Shown here: positions 57,598 to 64,000 of the stretch, piece by piece
Numbering within the stretch: position 1 is the stretch's first letter
How the letters are laid out: each line of letters begins with the position of its first letter
NCBI GenBank assembly: GCA_902515205.1
Contig: CABXTU010000002.1
Span: forward strand, 1,443-65,442
Direction: 5' to 3'
Origin: an uncultured Pelagibacteraceae bacterium
Lineage (GTDB): Bacteria > Pseudomonadota > Alphaproteobacteria > Pelagibacterales > Pelagibacteraceae
DNA: 64,000 bases
Program-made: the position numbers and the translations under genes
Notes under the pieces: generated by a model
Database searches by the model: none
The model's input: only the letters and a program-made list of their open reading frames with translations
What the model was told of the DNA's origin: nothing

Positions 57598-57987
57598 ATG
57601 ACTGAACAAGTTAGTATTTATTTAACAGCAATGATTTTAGGAATTATGCTGTTCTTCTCATTTGTAATTGCTCCAGTAGTGTTTACTACCTTAGATGAAG
57701 ATAATGCTCGAAAGTTTATAAGAAGAATATTTCCTTTTTATTATAATGTTAATTTAGGGATAAGTTTAATTATTCTATTAACATTTGTATTTTTGAACAA
57801 TTTAGGAATTGGTTTCTACTTAATATTAGCAATTAGTTTGTTATTTGCTACTTCAAACTATCTGTTAATGCCATTAATTAATAAATATAGAGATGAGAAG
57901 CAAGATAAAAAATTTAAATTCTCTCATTCAATGTCTGTCATCATTAATTTTGTGCAGATGATTTTATTGGTTTTATTACTTATTTAA
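57598..57987 (+). CDS. DUF4149-like membrane protein
   Basis: FFSFVIAPVVF, FIRRIFP.Y, LMPLIN, H..SV.IN. Confidence 0.75.
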   Translation: MTEQVSIYLTAMILGIMLFFSFVIAPVVFTTLDEDNARKFIRRIFPFYYNVNLGISLIILLTFVFLNNLGIGFYLILAISLLFATSNYLLMPLINKYRDEKQDKKFKFSHSMSVIINFVQMILLVLLLI

Positions 57988-58616
57988 TGAAATATAAAAA
58001 ATATTTTAGGAAAACCAGTCTTAAACAAAAAGGTGATGGTGAATTTTTTCTAAATGAAATTGAAAATAAAAAACCTAAGTTTTTTTTAGAAGTTGGTGTC
58101 TTTCATGGAGTAACAGCAAGAAATGTATGTGAATTACTTTATAAAATTCATAAAGATGATTTTAAATACATAGGTTTAGATCTATTTGAAAAAAATGATG
58201 AAAATAAATCAGAAATAATTCCTAATACAAAGTTCTCAAATCCCCTAAAAAATTTTTATTTTAATTATATAAAAAGACAGGACCCATATTCCTTAAAGGC
58301 TGTTGAGGATTTATTAAAAAAATTCAAAAAAAATATCTATTTGATTAAAGGTAATTCAAACAAGATTTTAAGAAATATAGATATGACTAAAATAGATTAT
58401 GTTTTCCTGGATGGTGGACATGAATATGAAACTGTTAAAAATGATTTAATTCATTGTATTGAGGTTATAAATAAAAATGGCACAATCTTGTGTGACGATT
58501 ATAATTTATCTTACGCTCCAGGTGTAAAAAGAGCTATAGATGAATTTACAAAAGAAAATAGTTTTGGCTGTGAGCTACTTTGTAATCAAAGATTTGCAAA
58601 AATTGAAAAAAATTAA
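57987..58616 (+). CDS. Class I SAM-dependent methyltransferase (Methyltransf_24-like)
   Basis: LEVGVFHG, FLDGGHEY, LCDDY. Confidence 0.8.
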   Translation: MKYKKYFRKTSLKQKGDGEFFLNEIENKKPKFFLEVGVFHGVTARNVCELLYKIHKDDFKYIGLDLFEKNDENKSEIIPNTKFSNPLKNFYFNYIKRQDPYSLKAVEDLLKKFKKNIYLIKGNSNKILRNIDMTKIDYVFLDGGHEYETVKNDLIHCIEVINKNGTILCDDYNLSYAPGVKRAIDEFTKENSFGCELLCNQRFAKIEKN

Positions 58617-59071
58617 ATAACAGAGTTAATTAAACTTAAAGCTTTTTGAACAGCAGCTTTCTGAATTAATAATCTTTTTTTTGATTTAAATAAATTTTTT
58701 TTTATAATAATTTTTTTCCCTTTTTTTAGGCCAATATAAACTAAACCAACAGGTTTTTTTTTAGTTCCGCCGCCTGGTCCAGCTATCCCAGTTACAGAAA
58801 TATTTATATTTGCTTTAGAAATCTTAGATAAATTTATTACCATTTCTTTACAACATTCATGGCTCACAGCTCCATATTTTTTTATTACATTTTTTTTAAC
58901 TTTTAAGATTTTGATTTTTGACTGATTTGAATAAGTAACCAATCCTAAATTAAATACTCTAGACGATCCTTTAAATGATGTAATTGTACTTGAAAGTTTC
59001 CCCCCGGTACAAGACTCTGCAAAAGAAATTTTAAGATTTTTTTTAATTAATTTTTTTATTAGTAAGCTCAT
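58613..59071 (-). CDS. cinA: CinA C-terminal domain / PncC NMN deamidase
   Basis: AESCTGG, TYSNQSK, GAVS, TGIAGPGGG..KPVG. Confidence 0.9.
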   Translation of the reverse strand: MSLLIKKLIKKNLKISFAESCTGGKLSSTITSFKGSSRVFNLGLVTYSNQSKIKILKVKKNVIKKYGAVSHECCKEMVINLSKISKANINISVTGIAGPGGGTKKKPVGLVYIGLKKGKKIIIKKNLFKSKKRLLIQKAAVQKALSLINSVI

Positions 59072-59129
59072 TTATTAAATTAATTTATAAAACATATAAA
59101 CTAAACCTTAATTATCTAAAATTAAACTT

Positions 59130-60239
59130 TTAATCATACCTTGTAATAGAAATTATAACCTCACAAGCTATAGCTTTCTCTTTTCCTATTAAACCTAATT
59201 TTTCAACAGTCTTACCTTTAAGGTTTATTTGATTTTTATCTAAAAATAAAAGATTTGATAAAGATTTAATTATTCTATCTCTATACATAGTAACTTTAGG
59301 TCTCTCACATATTAAATTGATGTCTAAATTATTAATTAAATAATTTTGTTTTTTGATCATTTCTAAAATAGGTCTCAACATATTTGGAGATCTAATGTTC
59401 TTAAATTTTTTTGTATTACTTGGAAAGTATGTTCCTATGTCTTTTTTATTTAGGGCTCCTAAAAGAGCGTCTATAATTGAGTGCAAAATAACATCCCCGT
59501 CTGAATGACCTTTAAGACCTGAATGGAATGGTATTTTAATACCCCCTAAGTATAGTTTCTTATTTTTAATAAGCCTATGTATATCAAAACCTATACCAAA
59601 ATAAGTTTTTGGACTTATTATGTCATCCTTGAAAGTAATCTTTTTATTTTGGTTTTCACCTTTAATAAATTTAATCTTTAAATCATTATTTATAAAAAGT
59701 GTGGCCTCATCACTAATTTTATCTTTGTTTTTCGTTGCAATTGAATATAAATTTTTATATCTAAATGCTTGTGGAGTTTGAGTTAATAGTGCATTTTTTT
59801 TTTTCAAATTATAAATTTTGTTACTGATTTTATATTTAATAGAATCTTTTGACTCCACAATAGGCACTACTGCTTTATTTTTTTTTAAATTTCGTAAAAG
59901 ATTTTTTAATAGTTTAAACGAAAAGTTTGGTCTTGCAGCATCATGAATAAAAACATTTTTTGGATTAAATTTTTTAAGATATTTCAAAGCAATTAAAGAG
60001 GAGTCCGATCTTTCTTTGCCACCCTTAATAATAGTAATTAACTTGGAGTTGATTAATTTTCTCAATATATTCGAGTTATTTGTGACAACTATTATTTTTT
60101 TAAAAAACCCTGATTCCAATGATTTTTGAATTGAATGTTCTATAATTGACATGTTTTTATAGGTAAAAAATTGTTTAGGTTTATCTTTGTTAAATCTTTT
60201 ACCCTTTCCAGCTGCTAATATTACAAAATAGTTGTTCAT
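59130..60239 (-). CDS. ispDF: Bifunctional IspD/IspF
   Basis: AAGKGKRF..PKQF, IHDAARP, QTPQAF; GFDIH, GHSDGDV, DIG. Confidence 0.93.
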   Translation of the reverse strand: MNNYFVILAAGKGKRFNKDKPKQFFTYKNMSIIEHSIQKSLESGFFKKIIVVTNNSNILRKLINSKLITIIKGGKERSDSSLIALKYLKKFNPKNVFIHDAARPNFSFKLLKNLLRNLKKNKAVVPIVESKDSIKYKISNKIYNLKKKNALLTQTPQAFRYKNLYSIATKNKDKISDEATLFINNDLKIKFIKGENQNKKITFKDDIISPKTYFGIGFDIHRLIKNKKLYLGGIKIPFHSGLKGHSDGDVILHSIIDALLGALNKKDIGTYFPSNTKKFKNIRSPNMLRPILEMIKKQNYLINNLDINLICERPKVTMYRDRIIKSLSNLLFLDKNQINLKGKTVEKLGLIGKEKAIACEVIISITRYD

Positions 60240-60265
60240 TTATTTAAATGCTATAATTCTAGTTC

Positions 60266-62050
60266 ATGATTGAATTTTTGAAAAAAAATATATTCATCAT
60301 TACAATATCTAGTATCACACTATTCATCGGTTTTTTAACTTTTTTAACATTTATCGATAGAAGTTTTGTACAATTAAATCAAAAAAATTTACAATATTTA
60401 TTAATTTTAAATATTTTCCTACTTTTTTTATTATTTGCTTTTATTTTTGCTGAGATAAATAAATCAATTAAAAACGATATTGATAAAGACGGCCTCTCGT
60501 CTAACAAAAGATATATAACATATTTTTCGTTATTTACATTAATCCCTTCCATTTTGATTTCAATATTTTCCTTATTCCTTTTTTCTTTCGCTTTAGAAAA
60601 ATATTTTGATAAAAAGATAACAACAGTTGTAAATAATTCCTATAAACTAGCTAAAGATTATGTTGAGGAAGTAAGAAACAAAATTGAAGCTGATATAATC
60701 ATGGTTGCATTTGATACTAATAAAAGTGCAAATTTTTTAAATGATAACAAAAAAGAATATTTACGGTTTTTAAAAACTCAAAAATTAATTAGAGATGTTG
60801 ATCAAATACATATTATTGACGAAAATAAAAAATTATTATTTTCGACAGAAGAAATAGATAATTATGTTCCACCAGTTGATAAAGCTCTTAAACTTGTTTT
60901 AGACGACGATCGCCCCTTAAAAATAATTAATGCTTCAAAAAATATATCTGCTGCAATTATGAGGTTACAGGCATTTGATGATAGATTCTTATATTTAGTA
61001 AAATATTTAGATAAAAATATTTCAAATTATTTGAGTGAATCACAAGAAGCAATTAATTTTTATTATGTTGTTGAAGAAAGAAGTACGGGTATTAAAATTT
61101 CATTTGCTTTAATTTATATAATACTTGTTACGTTATTACTATTTATATCAATTACAATTGCTATAAGATTTTCTTCAAGATTCTTTAGGTCGATAAATAA
61201 TTTAATTTTTGCATCTACTGAGATTGGTCAAGGAAATTTAAATACAAAAGTTCCTGAAATTAAAACCGATAAAGACATGGAAATCTTAAATAAAAATTTT
61301 AACCAAATGATTAATAGATTAAAAAATCAACAAGAAAAATTAATTGTTAATGAACGATATGAAGCTTGGGGAAGTTTGGCAAGAAAACTTGCACATGAAA
61401 TTAAGAATCCCCTAACCCCTATACAACTAACTATTGATCGAATTAAAACAAAGTATTTTAGTCAAATTTTAGACAAAGATCAGAATGATTTTTCCGAAAA
61501 TCTCAAAATTATAGATAATCAAATAAAACAAATAGAAAATCTAGTTAATGAGTTCTCAGATTTTGCAAGAATGCCAAAGCCAACTTTAAAAGATAATGAT
61601 TTGATTAAGATAATCAAAGAAAATATGAATTTATTATCTCAAATTGATAAAACAATTAAGATAAATTTGTCTCAAAGTGATAAAGAAATAATTTTCAAAT
61701 GTGATAAAGAACAGATGGGAAGAGTTTTCTTTAATCTCATTAAAAATTCTATTGAAAGTATTCAGCAAAAATCAGACAAAATACCTGATTTTAGTAAGAA
61801 AATATCAATTGAAATTTCCAGTAATAATGAGCATATTAAATTTACTTTGGAAGATAATGGTGTTGGTTTTAGTCACAATAATGAACTCAGTGAAATATTA
61901 AACCCCTATTACACTACAAAAAAATATGGAACTGGATTAGGATTATCTATAGTAAACAAAATAATAAATGATCACAGAGGTGAACTTAAATTTTTCGCGA
62001 TCACAAATGGTGCTAAAGTAGAAATTAATTTTGTATTAAATGGCAATTGA
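60266..62050 (+). CDS. ntrY: Sensor histidine kinase NtrY
   Basis: TM segments plus HAMP; AWGSLARKLAHEIKNPLTPIQL, EFSDFARMP, DNG.G, GTGLGL. Confidence 0.92.
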   Translation: MIEFLKKNIFIITISSITLFIGFLTFLTFIDRSFVQLNQKNLQYLLILNIFLLFLLFAFIFAEINKSIKNDIDKDGLSSNKRYITYFSLFTLIPSILISIFSLFLFSFALEKYFDKKITTVVNNSYKLAKDYVEEVRNKIEADIIMVAFDTNKSANFLNDNKKEYLRFLKTQKLIRDVDQIHIIDENKKLLFSTEEIDNYVPPVDKALKLVLDDDRPLKIINASKNISAAIMRLQAFDDRFLYLVKYLDKNISNYLSESQEAINFYYVVEERSTGIKISFALIYIILVTLLLFISITIAIRFSSRFFRSINNLIFASTEIGQGNLNTKVPEIKTDKDMEILNKNFNQMINRLKNQQEKLIVNERYEAWGSLARKLAHEIKNPLTPIQLTIDRIKTKYFSQILDKDQNDFSENLKIIDNQIKQIENLVNEFSDFARMPKPTLKDNDLIKIIKENMNLLSQIDKTIKINLSQSDKEIIFKCDKEQMGRVFFNLIKNSIESIQQKSDKIPDFSKKISIEISSNNEHIKFTLEDNGVGFSHNNELSEILNPYYTTKKYGTGLGLSIVNKIINDHRGELKFFAITNGAKVEINFVLNGN

Positions 62051-63395
62051 AATATTAATAGTTGACGACAATTCAGATATTAGAAAAATTCTTAATGAGT
62101 TAATTATTGATGCTGGATATGAAACTAGATTAGCAGCAAATTTTAGTCAGGCTTTAGGTGAAATTGATAAAAAAATGCCTGATGTTGCAATATTAGATGT
62201 TAAACTTGATAAAGGTGACAATGACGGGATAGAATTATTATCTTACATTAAATCTAAAAACCATGACGTACCAGTTATTATCATTACTGGGCACGCAAAT
62301 ATTGAAATGGCAGTTAATTCACTTAAGCATGGTGCTTTTGAATTTGTAGAAAAACCGTTTGATCAAGCAAGATTATTAAATTTTGTTTCTAGGGCTGTAG
62401 AAAACTTAAAACTTAAAACTCAAAACAAGGAATACGAAAATAAATTATTTTCATCTTATGAGCTAATTGGCAATAGTAAAAATATTATTAATATAAGAGA
62501 TCAGATCAAAAAAATCTCCCTAACTGAAAGTAGAGTTTTAATCAACGGACCTTCAGGTTCAGGAAAGGAATTAATTGCTAGAAAAATTCATAAAAGCTCG
62601 AAACGAAATGATAAACCCTTCGTTATTATTAATGGTGCTTTACTTGACTCTGAGAAATATGAACTAGAATTATTTGGTGAAGAAAAAAGTAACGGTTCAA
62701 TTTCATATGGAGCTTTAGAAAAAGCTAATAAAGGTACACTACTAGTTGATCAAGTTTCTGAAATACCCTTGAATATTCAATCAAAAATTTTAAGGGTTTT
62801 AATTGATCAAAAATTTAAAAGATTAAATGGAAATAATGATATTAATGTAAATGTTAGACTAATATGTTCTTCAAATAAAAATTTAAAAGAAGAAATTGAC
62901 TTAGGAAATTTTAGGGAAGATTTATATCATAGATTAAATGTATTTGAGATAAATATTGAACCTCTAAATGAAAGAATCTCAGATATCCCACTTTTGATAA
63001 AATATTTTTCAAAAGTTATTTCAGAAAACTATAACATGAAAAAATTAAATATTGATGAGAATGATAGTTATATATTAAACCACAAATGGCATGGAAATGT
63101 TAGGGAGCTAAGAAATTTGATAGAAAGAATAGCGATATTACAACCTGAAACACAAGAAAAAATATCAAATATAGTAAAAGAGTCATTAAAAAGTGATAAT
63201 TTTAGTGAAAAAGTAACAGAAAATAGTCTTTCTATACCACTAAAAGAAGCTAGAGAAAAATTTGAAAAAGAGTATTTAACTATCCAACTAAAAAAATTTA
63301 ATGGAAATATATCAAAAACAGCCACCTTTGTTGGGATGGAAAGAAGCGCATTACACCGAAAGCTTAAAGGTTTAGGAATAAAAGAATTTAATTAA
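62040..63395 (+). CDS. ntrX: Response regulator NtrX
   Basis: Receiver (IVDD, LD, KPF), GPSGSGKE, FREDLYHRLNV, C-terminal GMERSALHRKL. Confidence 0.92.
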   Translation: MAIEILIVDDNSDIRKILNELIIDAGYETRLAANFSQALGEIDKKMPDVAILDVKLDKGDNDGIELLSYIKSKNHDVPVIIITGHANIEMAVNSLKHGAFEFVEKPFDQARLLNFVSRAVENLKLKTQNKEYENKLFSSYELIGNSKNIINIRDQIKKISLTESRVLINGPSGSGKELIARKIHKSSKRNDKPFVIINGALLDSEKYELELFGEEKSNGSISYGALEKANKGTLLVDQVSEIPLNIQSKILRVLIDQKFKRLNGNNDINVNVRLICSSNKNLKEEIDLGNFREDLYHRLNVFEINIEPLNERISDIPLLIKYFSKVISENYNMKKLNIDENDSYILNHKWHGNVRELRNLIERIAILQPETQEKISNIVKESLKSDNFSEKVTENSLSIPLKEAREKFEKEYLTIQLKKFNGNISKTATFVGMERSALHRKLKGLGIKEFN

Positions 63396-64000
63396 ATGAA
63401 TATCATAATTTGTGGAGCTGGTAGAGTTGGATTTACTATAGCAAAGTTATTAAGTGAACAAAGTCACTCAATTACTGTGATAGACCAATCTAGTGAAGAT
63501 ATTCAAAAAATAAATGATAGCTTAGACGTTAAAGCTATAGTTGGAAAGGCTACCTATCCCTCAATACTTGAAAAGGCTAATGCAGCTGAAACTGATATGA
63601 TAATTGCAGTAACAAGAAATGATGAAATCAATATGCTCATTTGTCAAATAGCTTTTTCAATTTTCAATATACCAAAAAAAATAGCTAGGATAAGATCTCA
63701 AGATTACTTAAATCCAAAATTTACAAAAGTTTATAATAAAGAGAATTTGCCTATAGATGTAATTATTTCACCAGAAATTGAAATAGCAAAGTCAATTCAA
63801 AGAAAACTTGAAGCTCCAGGTGCTTTAGATAGTGTACCTTTCTGTCAAAATAAAATTAGATTATTAGAAATTCTTATTAAAGATAACTGCAAATCAATAG
63901 GTATAAAATTTAATGAACTCACTAAAAAATATCCAAAACTGGAGGCTAACATTGTAGGCATTAATAGAGGAGATAAGTTTTTTATACCAAAAAAAACAGA
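63396..64000 (+). CDS. trkA: Trk potassium uptake NAD-binding subunit (3' partial)
   Basis: Not in the ORF track; by hand MNIIICGAGRVGFTIAKLLSEQ...IAVTRNDEINM...KIARIR...ISPE. Confidence 0.92.
   Translation, partial: MNIIICGAGRVGFTIAKLLSEQSHSITVIDQSSEDIQKINDSLDVKAIVGKATYPSILEKANAAETDMIIAVTRNDEINMLICQIAFSIFNIPKKIARIRSQDYLNPKFTKVYNKENLPIDVIISPEIEIAKSIQRKLEAPGALDSVPFCQNKIRLLEILIKDNCKSIGIKFNELTKKYPKLEANIVGINRGDKFFIPKKT

Noticed and set aside
18382-63325. Other short ORFs nested in called genes (18382, 23777, 24002, 26945, 27082, 28712, 29231, 30637, 32235, 32253, 33381, 34717, 38892, 39893, 42091, 44028, 44858, 51933, 52716, 56722, 61701, 63068)
   Set aside because: All overlap well-supported genes in another frame or strand, with no RBS or family motifs
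1-64000. rRNA, tRNA, CRISPR arrays, integrases/IS, prophage or defence systems
   Set aside because: No such repeats, cloverleaf motifs or protein signatures were seen, and coding density leaves almost no room

Overview
AT-rich, densely packed alphaproteobacterial chromosome segment. Gene content (NtrY/NtrX without NtrBC, SpeD-SpeE fusion, very short intergenic spacers) points to Pelagibacterales (SAR11). Layout: (i) 1-7.0 kb, the end of a surface-glycan variable cluster (FkbM-like, C-methyltransferase, rfbAB). (ii) 7.0-13.5 kb, apt / mtnP-mtnA-class II aldolase-speDE and a polar amino acid ABC transporter. (iii) 13.5-22.4 kb, housekeeping and miscellaneous genes, including a tautomerase carrying all six cis-CaaD catalytic residues. 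(iv) 22.4-50.1 kb, a catabolic region with no recognisable transcription factor: betA, TauD, CitE-like lyase, BKACE, carnitine dehydrogenase, gamma-butyrobetaine dioxygenase, ProU-type ABC, DddQ-like cupin, homocysteine methyltransferase, family III CoA transferase, TRAP and malonyl-CoA decarboxylase. (v) 50.1-64 kb, a GC-rich structured intergenic element, PMM/PGM, nrdAB with tandem NrdR boxes and an alphaproteobacterial LexA box, nitroreductase plus IsdG-like enzyme, cinA, ispDF, ntrYX, trkA. I saw no rRNA, tRNA, CRISPR or mobile element. All calls come from motif recognition by eye; no searches were run.
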